DNA from: a virus | DNA: 58,717 bases | Reading direction: 5' to 3' (one strand) | Virus record (IMG/VR): IMGVR_UViG_3300045988_156049 | In this document: positions 31,962-39,715 of the stretch, piece by piece | Position numbering within the stretch: position 1 is the stretch's first letter | Layout of the letters: each line of letters opens with the position of its first letter | Made by a program: the position numbers and the translations under genes | The notes under the pieces: model-generated | The model's input: only the letters and a program-made list of their open reading frames with translations | Database searches by the model: none | Told to the model about the DNA's origin: nothing

Positions 31962-33617
31962 ATGGCTAAACCAAAATGGATTACTCTTGGAACCACAGAA
32001 GGTTCCATGAATGGCTCAAGTGAAATTACTGTTGCCGCCTACACTGGTAGAGTTGCCAGAGAGGGCACTATTACAGGTACAACAGCAGGTGGAGCTACTG
32101 ATACTACAGCTGTATCTCAGGTAGGTGCTGCTGAGGCTATCATTATTGAAACAAAGACTTATTCTGCTGATAAAGTAGGTCAAAGCATCACTATTCAGGG
32201 TAAGTCTAACTCTGCTGACCTTAACATTGTAGTAGGAGATTCTACTATTCCAGGTCTTGTTTATAAGCTTGCAGTAGCAGGGGTAACTGATGAATCTTGG
32301 AATGGTAATTCTGATATATCAGTAGATGGAGACCCGGGTGCATCTGCAATGTATGACTTCACTCTTACTGTAAATGTTCCAGAGAACAAGTCAGAGTCTG
32401 CACGTGTAGCTAAGTTTGCAGTCAAGAATGCAAATGCTGACGTAACTTCAGGTGAAATTACCATCAATCAGGCAGCGGGTGTTAAGAACTACGCAGTTCC
32501 TATCATTATTACATTCTCTTACAATGCAAGTATTCCGGCATCTGGTGGAAGTGTAAGTCCTACTTTAAATTATATGCAAAAGTGGGGATGGAATGAATCT
32601 GATTCTAATGGTGGCTCAATTTCAGACCATACTCCTGCGGCTGGCGTAACCAGTTTTAAGGGTGGCAGTTCTACTAATAAAGATACAGGAGTAGTTACTG
32701 CATCCTCTAAGGGTACTGTTGAGTCGGGCATTACTGAAGTAGATAATGTTACTCTTGTCGTAACTCTTAATGGCAAATCTTCTGCTCCTAAGTCAGTTTC
32801 TGTTAAGCAGGCTGCAAATGCTGCTTCTTATGGTGATGTCAGCTTCTCAAGCAGAGTTCCTTCAATTGTTGATATTCCGGCATCAGGAGGTTCTGTGGAC
32901 AAAGCTGAAATTGAATGGTCTGGTGAAGGAGCTATTGTCACACAGAAGATTACATACACATCAGGAGCTGAGGTTACCATTTCAGATGAGGACGGCTCCG
33001 TAAACCCTGCATTTAATCCAATTCACATTGCTTACGGTGACCCTATTACGGCTGCTTCTAAGGGTACAGCAGTTTCTGCAAGAACTGAAGCAGGCGTCAT
33101 TACAATGACAGCCGAGGGTGAAGGTGACAAGACAGCAACCAAGTCACTCACTGTATATCAGGCAGCCAACACTGCAACTTATGGCGAGGTAACTATCGGT
33201 CAGGCTACTCCTGTATCTCTTGCTGCTCCGGGTGAGACTTACCAGATTGTTCCTGCTATGAAGCAGACAGTTACTTACACTTCAGGTGCTACAAGGACTG
33301 AATCTACTCCGGCAGACAACAAGGTACAGCTCTCTGCTGACTATGCAGTTAAGACTACTAAGGAAGGCTTCTCACTTGAGGCTAATGCAGGTAAGGTTAC
33401 CGTTAATCTCAACCCTACAACTGCTCCAAGAGAAGGCTTCGTTGTTACTATCTCGGCTGAGGGTGAAGGTGGTAAGACTGCTACTAAGGACATCACATTC
33501 AACCAGCAGGGTTCTAACTCAATTCTTGACCTCTCTCCTGACACATTGTCATTCATTGCAGCCGGTGAGACCAAGACATTGACTATCACATCTAATGATT
33601 CTTGGACACTTTCTTAA
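31962..33617 (+). CDS. Tail fibre with tandem Ig-like/BACON-like repeats
   Basis: 551 aa. Module ends recur (ITINQAAGVKNY, VSVKQAANAASYGDV, LTVYQAANTATYGEV, ITFNQQGSN). The N-terminus is KPKWITLGTTEGSMNGSSEITV. The C-terminus is LDLSPDTLSFIAAGETKTLTITSNDSWTLS. Confidence 0.65.
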   Translation: MAKPKWITLGTTEGSMNGSSEITVAAYTGRVAREGTITGTTAGGATDTTAVSQVGAAEAIIIETKTYSADKVGQSITIQGKSNSADLNIVVGDSTIPGLVYKLAVAGVTDESWNGNSDISVDGDPGASAMYDFTLTVNVPENKSESARVAKFAVKNANADVTSGEITINQAAGVKNYAVPIIITFSYNASIPASGGSVSPTLNYMQKWGWNESDSNGGSISDHTPAAGVTSFKGGSSTNKDTGVVTASSKGTVESGITEVDNVTLVVTLNGKSSAPKSVSVKQAANAASYGDVSFSSRVPSIVDIPASGGSVDKAEIEWSGEGAIVTQKITYTSGAEVTISDEDGSVNPAFNPIHIAYGDPITAASKGTAVSARTEAGVITMTAEGEGDKTATKSLTVYQAANTATYGEVTIGQATPVSLAAPGETYQIVPAMKQTVTYTSGATRTESTPADNKVQLSADYAVKTTKEGFSLEANAGKVTVNLNPTTAPREGFVVTISAEGEGGKTATKDITFNQQGSNSILDLSPDTLSFIAAGETKTLTITSNDSWTLS

Positions 33618-33633
33618 TTGAATGTAGCATTTA

Positions 33634-33669
33634 AGTAAAGGGTACCCATAAGATACCCTTTACTTTTAT
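33634..33669 (+). terminator. Rho-independent terminator after the fibre gene
   Basis: AGTAAAGGGTA-n9-TACCCTTTACT followed by TTTAT. Confidence 0.7.
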
Positions 33670-33711
33670 GTACACTTGTAAATCAGTTTATAGCAAAATA
33701 AATGAGGAATT

Positions 33712-34101
33712 ATGAGAAAGTTTTTAAAGGTTATTCTGTTCCTGTTTCTGTTTATTTGGGAGCTCTTACAGAATCTTGTCGGGTTTTTATACCTAAAGCT
33801 CTCCAAGTATAAGTTTACTGTTAGGTATTTTCTTAACGGAAACGCCCAGATAAAGTATTACTATGCTCAGGAATTTCCCGGCGGGTTAACTTTGGGTGAG
33901 TTTATTTTTACTAATGGACCTCAACATGTAAAACACGAAAGGGGACACGTTATTCAGTCAAGGATATTGGGGCCTTTTTATCTTCCGGTTATAGGTGTGA
34001 ACTCATTATTACACGCAGCGTTCCACCATTGTAAAAACTACGTCCATTTTTGGACAGAAAAATGGGCCGAAAAATTAGGAAGTAGGCATGGCAAAGTATA
34101 A
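33712..34101 (+). CDS. Small membrane protein with an HExxH motif (HERGH)
   Basis: 129 aa with an N-terminal TM (KVILFLFLFIWELLQNLVGFLYL). VKHERGHVIQSRILGPFYLPVIGV is followed by AAFHH. It is the first gene of the lysis cluster. Confidence 0.55.
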   Translation: MRKFLKVILFLFLFIWELLQNLVGFLYLKLSKYKFTVRYFLNGNAQIKYYYAQEFPGGLTLGEFIFTNGPQHVKHERGHVIQSRILGPFYLPVIGVNSLLHAAFHHCKNYVHFWTEKWAEKLGSRHGKV

Positions 34102-34145
34102 AAAATTATGTTACCTCGACAACCAAAATACAAGGAGGAAAATGT

Positions 34146-34607
34146 ATGGATGAGATAATCGCAACACTTAATCTCCCTGACGGCCTGAGCCGAGGGATAA
34201 TGATAGCGTTCCTGCTCTGCGTGCTCGTTTGCGCTGCTGCGCTGATTGATATGTGGACCGGGATTGATGCGGCAAAAACGAACAAGGAAAAGATTATGAG
34301 CCACGGACTTCGTAAGACTGTGAGGAAGATTATAGACTATCTGAGGATAGTGTACTTCTTCCTGCTCATTGACATCTTGGGCGCTGTGTTCGTATGGTAC
34401 AACCTGCCATACTGCGCGATTCTTGCGACGCTGGGCGTACTTCTCATTGAAGGGCGCTCCGTCATTGAGAACTCCAAAAAGAAGCAGAGCGCAGCTGGCA
34501 GAGTGGTGGATGCTGTTCAGGAGATTATCTCTTGCGTGGACAGCGAGAAAGCGCAGAAGGTTATCGAGATGATTAAGGAAGAGCCGAAGCACGGCAAAGG
34601 AGAATAA
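34146..34607 (+). CDS. Holin
   Basis: 153 aa with TM segments IMIAFLLCVLVCAAALI, IVYFFLLIDILGAVFVW and AILATLGVLLIEGRSVIEN. The D-x-x-TG and E-x-x-S-x-x-EN landmarks fit the phage holin_4 type. It is directly upstream of the endolysin. Confidence 0.75.
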   Translation: MDEIIATLNLPDGLSRGIMIAFLLCVLVCAAALIDMWTGIDAAKTNKEKIMSHGLRKTVRKIIDYLRIVYFFLLIDILGAVFVWYNLPYCAILATLGVLLIEGRSVIENSKKKQSAAGRVVDAVQEIISCVDSEKAQKVIEMIKEEPKHGKGE

Positions 34608-34610
34608 GAT

Positions 34611-35036
34611 ATGGGAACGATAACAAAAGACTTTAGCTATAGGGAATTCGAGAGAAGTGAAGTCGCGGACGCAAAGCATATCTGCAATGTCATCACTTCC
34701 TTCGAGGTGCGCGACAGCATCCTGGCATTGACGGAGAATGTGCTCCAGCCGCTGCGCAATGCGTGGGGGAAGCCGTTGAAAGTCAACTCCGGATACAGGT
34801 GCAAGGCGCTCAATGCGGCCGTGGGCGGAGTGCCTACGAGCCAGCACGTGAAAGGTGAAGCGGCAGACATAGCGGCAGGTGATCCGGTGAAGCTCGCAAG
34901 GCTTGCTGTGAAGTTGGGGCTGCCTTTCGACCAGATGATTCTCTACCCCACGTTCGTTCATTTCAGTCACAAACTGACTGGCGAACAAAGAGGACAGATT
35001 TGCTACAACTGGCGCTATACGGGAGAAAAGGTATGA
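34611..35036 (+). CDS. Endolysin, peptidase M15 (D-Ala-D-Ala carboxypeptidase-like / L-Ala-D-Glu peptidase fold)
   Basis: KVNSGYRCKALNAAVGGVPTSQHVKGEAADI ... FVHFSH gives the SGYR..N..GG..S-H-x-x-G-x-A-x-D zinc-ligand pattern. Confidence 0.85.
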   Translation: MGTITKDFSYREFERSEVADAKHICNVITSFEVRDSILALTENVLQPLRNAWGKPLKVNSGYRCKALNAAVGGVPTSQHVKGEAADIAAGDPVKLARLAVKLGLPFDQMILYPTFVHFSHKLTGEQRGQICYNWRYTGEKV

Positions 35037-35105
35037 GAAGGGTGCTAATATGGGCGGCTACGGGTGGAGGTATCGAGGCTGCGGACTGATTCAAATTAGA
35101 AGGCA

Positions 35106-35639
35106 ATGAAAATACAACTAGTGACATTTCTTTCCGAACTGGTGGCATTTGCGCTACTTGCCGTGCTCGTGACATCCTGCGGCAGTTCACGACATGCAGT
35201 AACCAGTATCGAGACACACGACAGCACCAAGGTGGAAATCAGGACGGAGATAATCGAGACTATTGATACGGTGTACGTGGAACTTCCTAAACAGTCGGAG
35301 ACAGTGGCGGTGAAGGACACGTCCTCGCATCTGGAGAATGACCTTGCTGTATCGGATGCAAGCATAGACTCGCTCGGATTCCTGCACCATTCTCTGAAGA
35401 CGAAACAGCGCGGTCGTCTTCCGGTTCCGAGCAAAAACACAAAGGAGAGGAGGGACAGCATCGTTTATCGAGACAAGTGCGTCTATATCGAAAAGCCTGT
35501 CTATGTAGAGGCTGAATTGAATGCATGGCAGCGCTTCAGGCTTCGCGGGTTCTGGATTCTCGCGGCCGCCGTTGCAGCCATTGGGTTCTGGAAATTCCGG
35601 AGGCCGATTCTCGGTTTGCTTACGAAATTGATTTCATAA
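35106..35639 (+). CDS. Unimolecular spanin (u-spanin) candidate
   Basis: It has an N-terminal lipoprotein signal with lipobox VTSC (LLAVLVTSCGSS) and a C-terminal TM helix (GFWILAAAVAAIGFWKF). This is the T1 gp11-like architecture, and it is the last gene of the lysis cassette. Confidence 0.55.
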   Translation: MKIQLVTFLSELVAFALLAVLVTSCGSSRHAVTSIETHDSTKVEIRTEIIETIDTVYVELPKQSETVAVKDTSSHLENDLAVSDASIDSLGFLHHSLKTKQRGRLPVPSKNTKERRDSIVYRDKCVYIEKPVYVEAELNAWQRFRLRGFWILAAAVAAIGFWKFRRPILGLLTKLIS

Positions 35640-35650
35640 GCAAAAAAAGA

Positions 35651-35775
35651 GGGGCATAAAAAGCCCCCGACTTGCAAGAGCAAGATTTGTTTAGCGCCAA
35701 CTAAAAGAAAAACCCACACCAGCAATACGGGGGCACTATTGCCTCGGTAATTGAATGGTGTGGGTCTGTTTTTCT
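35651..35775. ncRNA. Structured intergenic element: short GC hairpin plus a nested two-stem hairpin with T tracts on both strands
   Basis: GGGGC-n7-GCCCC lies at 35651-35667. ACCCACACC (35712-35720) pairs with GGTGTGGGT (35757-35765) and encloses GCAATA-n9-TATTGC. AAAAA/TTTTT flank the structure. Confidence 0.35.
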
Positions 35776-35822
35776 TTCGTTGTTGGCTGAGGCGAAGATA
35801 ACTAATAAAAATTGAATAAGAA

Positions 35823-36113
35823 ATGAAAAAATCAGAAATTTTTGCCTCAGTGCTCGCAGACGTCTCTGCGGAGACCGAAATCGACAGTGACCGGATATTG
35901 TCTTCAGAACGCAAAGAGGAGGTCGTGGACGCGCGTTATCTCGTCATCTTCCTGCTGCTCGGCAACGGCTTCTATCCGGCAATGATTGCGGAGAGAATGG
36001 GTTTGTCGGCACGTGCCGTAAGGAGCGCAATATCAGGGTTCGAGGCGCGCCTCGCGAACTCGGCTGGTCTGCGTCTGGTATGCCAGAGGCTGTCTCGGAA
36101 GTGGCTCGTATAA
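35823..36113 (+). CDS. Small DnaA-domain-IV-like helix-turn-helix protein
   Basis: RKEEVVDARYLVIFLLLGNGFYPAMIAERMGLSARAVRSAISGF follows the R..e..aR..amyL......s...Ia...g......V pattern of the DnaA C-terminal domain. Confidence 0.45.
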   Translation: MKKSEIFASVLADVSAETEIDSDRILSSERKEEVVDARYLVIFLLLGNGFYPAMIAERMGLSARAVRSAISGFEARLANSAGLRLVCQRLSRKWLV

Positions 36114-36261
36114 ACAGGGAAATAACGCGGAAGTAATAGACACGGAACGCGGTGACAACCTCCTGAATTTTAGCGAATATGTTGATATGTTTGCATCACG
36201 ATGTACACGTGCCAGTACCGCCGAAGGCTCAAGAGGCGGGTAACACTAATACCAACATATT

Positions 36262-37089
36262 ATGTCAGAAATGGTAGATAAAATCTATTGTTGCGATAGG
36301 GGTAACAATGATATTCTTGCTGCAGCGATGCTCGGCAAGCGCGATACCGATCCGATGGCGTTGATGGCTGCAATGAGCGGCGGGGCCAACAACTGGATGA
36401 ACAATCCATGGATGTACTTGATATTCCTCGCACTCTTCGGAGGAAATGGATTCGGCTTCGGGAATAGAGGTCTTCAGGGCACTGAAATTCAGAGTCAGAT
36501 TGATTCTCTCAGAAATCAGATGGCAGACAACCACAACAGCGACCTGCTGATGTCGGCAATCAAGGGCAATGACAATGCAATTTCCGCACTTGCGGCAAGT
36601 CTCAACTGCGACTTCAACCAGTTGCAGGGCGGAATCTGCGCAGTCCGCTCAGCTATCGAGCAGGTAGGCGGACAGGTCGGATTCTCTGCTGAGCGCGTCA
36701 TCAATGCGGTCAACATGGGCGACTGCAACGTCATCCAGGCAATCAAGGACTGCTGCTGCAATACACAGCAGAACATCCTCCGGATGGGCTACGAGAACCA
36801 GCTCGGCCAGAAGGACATCGAGTACAAGATCCAGACTGGACTTGACTTCGTGAACAGGAGCGTCGAGCGTGGCTTCTCCGGCATCGGCTTCCAGATGCAG
36901 CAGGACAAGTGCGACATCGTAAGGGCTGGTCAGGACAACACTCAGCGCATTATTGACACCCTCAATAGTCACTGGCAGGCTGACCTCCAGCAGAGGTACA
37001 ATGACGCACGTCTGGAACTCTCGCAGCAGAAGCAGAATGCTGAACTAATTGCGGCTCTCAAGCCGACAGCTACCACTGCTGGGGCATAG
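36262..37089 (+). CDS. Hypothetical Cys-rich protein with one hydrophobic segment
   Basis: 275 aa. It contains YCCDRG, WMYLIFLALFGGNGFGFG, DCNVIQAIKDCCCNTQQ and a Gln-rich coiled C-terminus. Confidence 0.6.
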   Translation: MSEMVDKIYCCDRGNNDILAAAMLGKRDTDPMALMAAMSGGANNWMNNPWMYLIFLALFGGNGFGFGNRGLQGTEIQSQIDSLRNQMADNHNSDLLMSAIKGNDNAISALAASLNCDFNQLQGGICAVRSAIEQVGGQVGFSAERVINAVNMGDCNVIQAIKDCCCNTQQNILRMGYENQLGQKDIEYKIQTGLDFVNRSVERGFSGIGFQMQQDKCDIVRAGQDNTQRIIDTLNSHWQADLQQRYNDARLELSQQKQNAELIAALKPTATTAGA

Positions 37090-37149
37090 TCCCATTTGTA
37101 TTACAGAGTGGAGGGATAAGAATCTCTCCACTCATAATTATTTCAAGCT

Positions 37150-37623
37150 ATGTACTTCAAAGATCTGAAACAAAACTATCCCGTATATATCCTCGACAAG
37201 CAGACGCTGACGTTGACTCAAGGCAAGGCCGTTGCCGTCGGTTTCCCTCGTATGGAAATGAATCCTGCTGCCGGCAAGTCCGGGATGGTTGTCGATGTCT
37301 CCATAGTAGCGGACGGCAAGACAGCCAATTATGTTATTCCTGAAAACCTTTCCGTTACTTATGCAGGCAACCTTGTCTTGTCCGTGGACCGGCAGGGACT
37401 TGCAGGAGAGGTCGAATCCATGAAAGTGACCGCAGAACAGGCAATTGCCTCGGTTGAACAACAGAAGCAAATCCTTGAAAAATCGACTACGCTGCTGGCA
37501 GAACTGAATCCGACGTACCGCGAGAAGCAGGAAACGGAACAGCGTTTCAGTAAGATTGAAGCGTCAATGGGTGAACTCAAGGATATGCTGTCTCGATTGC
37601 TGAATAGCGGAAATAAAGTATGA
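37150..37623 (+). CDS. Hypothetical protein
   Basis: 157 aa with a coiled-coil C-terminus and an ATGA overlap with the next gene. Confidence 0.6.
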   Translation: MYFKDLKQNYPVYILDKQTLTLTQGKAVAVGFPRMEMNPAAGKSGMVVDVSIVADGKTANYVIPENLSVTYAGNLVLSVDRQGLAGEVESMKVTAEQAIASVEQQKQILEKSTTLLAELNPTYREKQETEQRFSKIEASMGELKDMLSRLLNSGNKV

Positions 37624-38120
37624 TAACTCAAACGCTGACAATTATGGAAAGAAATATGACTGCGGATAGGTTTATCGACCTGCTCCGCGACCGCATTGAC
37701 GATGAACTCGGTAGGACTATAATATTGAAACTGATTGAAAACCAAGATCTGGAGTCTGCTAAGGCCCTGGCAGATGAATGCGAAGATATGGTGAGATTCC
37801 GCGACTACCTTTCGGAAGATGAATTCGAAGAGATCACCAGCAAGTTTGTAAACTTCGACGGCTCGCGTGGCGCGCACTGGGATGATGCGGATGCTGCCTT
37901 TAGAGCATTGTCCTCATTGGACATTGAATATGAAAAGACAGGAGAATACAACAAGTGGGCATTCCTGGCGGTCTTAAATATGATCTGGTCTGATGAATGG
38001 GGAGTGCTGCGGAATTATGCGACATCCGAACAGGAGGTTCGCGTGTGTGCAGAGCTTGCTGCCTCTCGACTTGAAGACAGGGACCGTGTATTTTCTGTAA
38101 GACGATACTTCAAAATGTAA
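37620..38120 (+). CDS. Hypothetical acidic protein
   Basis: 166 aa, translationally coupled to the upstream gene. Confidence 0.6.
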   Translation: MITQTLTIMERNMTADRFIDLLRDRIDDELGRTIILKLIENQDLESAKALADECEDMVRFRDYLSEDEFEEITSKFVNFDGSRGAHWDDADAAFRALSSLDIEYEKTGEYNKWAFLAVLNMIWSDEWGVLRNYATSEQEVRVCAELAASRLEDRDRVFSVRRYFKM

Positions 38121-38229
38121 CAAGTGGTGAAGATTATATCCAGGCTCTCGAAAAAGATTCTTTTCGAGAGCCGTTTCTATATAAATAGATATCATTAAAT
38201 GCGTTCTGGAAATATTTATATTTATCGCC

Positions 38230-38709
38230 ATGAAAGAGATTACTATCAAAATAACGAAACTCAACGTGTATAATGAAGTGGCCAAGGTCACGAGTTACAC
38301 GGGCGCAAAGAAACTGAATGACGAGAATGCGTATGACAGAATCTTTACGACGGATGACGACCGCCTGCTGTTGGAAAGGTTCTGGAATGAAGCATGCAGC
38401 ATGGCGAATAGCGCTTTGAAACAGTTCCTTGTCAAGTCTAGTGAGAATATCCCTGTACATTGCATGGAATTGGACAGGGATTTCGAAGTGACATTGTCCG
38501 TTTCGCAGTTGTTTGATGATAGACTGATGTCCGCTGCTGCTACTGACCTTTTCAGCTATTTCACCAATTACATAGTGAGCAAGTGGTATTTGTTTTCCGC
38601 AAAGGATGAAGTCGCGCCTTATTCGGAAGAGGCGGCGTCTGCATTGATGTCATTCAAGAAGAAAATATATTTCAAGAAGAGGCCAGAAAGGCCTTCCGTT
38701 AATCCATAA
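38230..38709 (+). CDS. Hypothetical protein, member 1 of a three-member paralogous family (approx. 160 aa)
   Basis: C-terminal half ...AATDLFSYFTNYIVSKWYLFSAKDEVAPYSEEAAS...KKRPERPSVNP aligns by eye with 39216-39701 and 42538-43047. Confidence 0.6.
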   Translation: MKEITIKITKLNVYNEVAKVTSYTGAKKLNDENAYDRIFTTDDDRLLLERFWNEACSMANSALKQFLVKSSENIPVHCMELDRDFEVTLSVSQLFDDRLMSAAATDLFSYFTNYIVSKWYLFSAKDEVAPYSEEAASALMSFKKKIYFKKRPERPSVNP

Positions 38710-38723
38710 TCATCATAATCATA

Positions 38724-39212
38724 ATGTATATGACAAAGAAGAAGACAATATGTATCGACTTCGACGGTGTCATCGCCGACTATTCAGACGGATACCAGGG
38801 TGAGGACAAGTTCGGGGATATGGTAGCTAATGCTGACATTGGGACACAGACCCTCAAGAAAAAGGGATGGCGTATTATTATCTATACTACACGTCCTGTG
38901 ACCGACGCTTTGAAAAAGTATCTTGCTGACAACAAGATTGCCTATGACTATATCAATGAGAATCCTGACCAGCCTAAGGGCAGCGATACCGCTAAAGGAT
39001 GCAAGATTGCCGCAGATGTATATCTTGACGACCGTGCCGTATCGTTTCGCGGAAACTGGGAATGGACAATCAGTGACATAGCTTGGTTCCAGCCGTGGAG
39101 CAGACCGAAGGATGACATGAAGAAGAAAATGGAAAATTCGTATGACGAGAACGACATCTGGAAGAGGGGCGGCGAAAAACGCACTTTAGCAGGCGTCCGC
39201 AGCAATACATAG
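38724..39212 (+). CDS. HAD-superfamily phosphatase-like protein
   Basis: Motif I CIDFDGVIAD (DxDG), motif II IIYTTR, and K...DVYLDDR for motifs III/IV. Confidence 0.65.
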   Translation: MYMTKKKTICIDFDGVIADYSDGYQGEDKFGDMVANADIGTQTLKKKGWRIIIYTTRPVTDALKKYLADNKIAYDYINENPDQPKGSDTAKGCKIAADVYLDDRAVSFRGNWEWTISDIAWFQPWSRPKDDMKKKMENSYDENDIWKRGGEKRTLAGVRSNT

Positions 39213-39215
39213 TAT

Positions 39216-39701
39216 ATGGCAAAGAAACTGATACCCATAACATTGTATCTGAATGAAATAATCTATGACATTCAGAATAAAACCTATGTGATAGGACGCA
39301 ATAAAGACTCCGGCGATAATCCGGAACAAGTATCTGCGATTCAGGCAAGTGATGAACCGGAGAGCTATAATCAGTTGCTGCGTAGTATCGGGAATGCTTT
39401 GTCGATGCTACGGCAGAATTTGGGAGATTATCTTGATGTTTCTCAACAGGCAAGTAACGACAATCAGTTTGAGGCAGATTCGGATATCATCATTCAACTG
39501 AATCTGCCGATGAATTTTAATGAGGCAAGCATTGATGCTGTGACGACGGCCATGCACCAATATATCGTAAATACGGCAATCGCAGGATGGTTCTCGTTGG
39601 TCAATCCTGATGAATCCGAAAAGTATATACAATTGGCGTCCAATAATTATCAGATGCTGTCTATAGCTATGATGTCACGGAAACGCCCGGTTAAACCTTA
39701 A
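39216..39701 (+). CDS. Hypothetical protein, member 2 of the paralogous family
   Basis: ...AVTTAMHQYIVNTAIAGWFSLVNPDESEKYIQLAS...MSRKRPVKP. Confidence 0.6.
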   Translation: MAKKLIPITLYLNEIIYDIQNKTYVIGRNKDSGDNPEQVSAIQASDEPESYNQLLRSIGNALSMLRQNLGDYLDVSQQASNDNQFEADSDIIIQLNLPMNFNEASIDAVTTAMHQYIVNTAIAGWFSLVNPDESEKYIQLASNNYQMLSIAMMSRKRPVKP

Positions 39702-39715
39702 TACGAAATCTGATT

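Noticed and set aside
34038-34988. 316-aa minus-strand ORF antisense to the holin and endolysin
   Set aside because: The plus-strand genes have clear holin and M15 motifs and tight coupling. The antisense product is His/Arg-rich with no motif.
35501-35914. 137-aa minus-strand ORF spanning the intergenic hairpins
   Set aside because: It runs through terminator-like structures and into the antisense of two plus-strand genes. It has no motif and no sensible start context.
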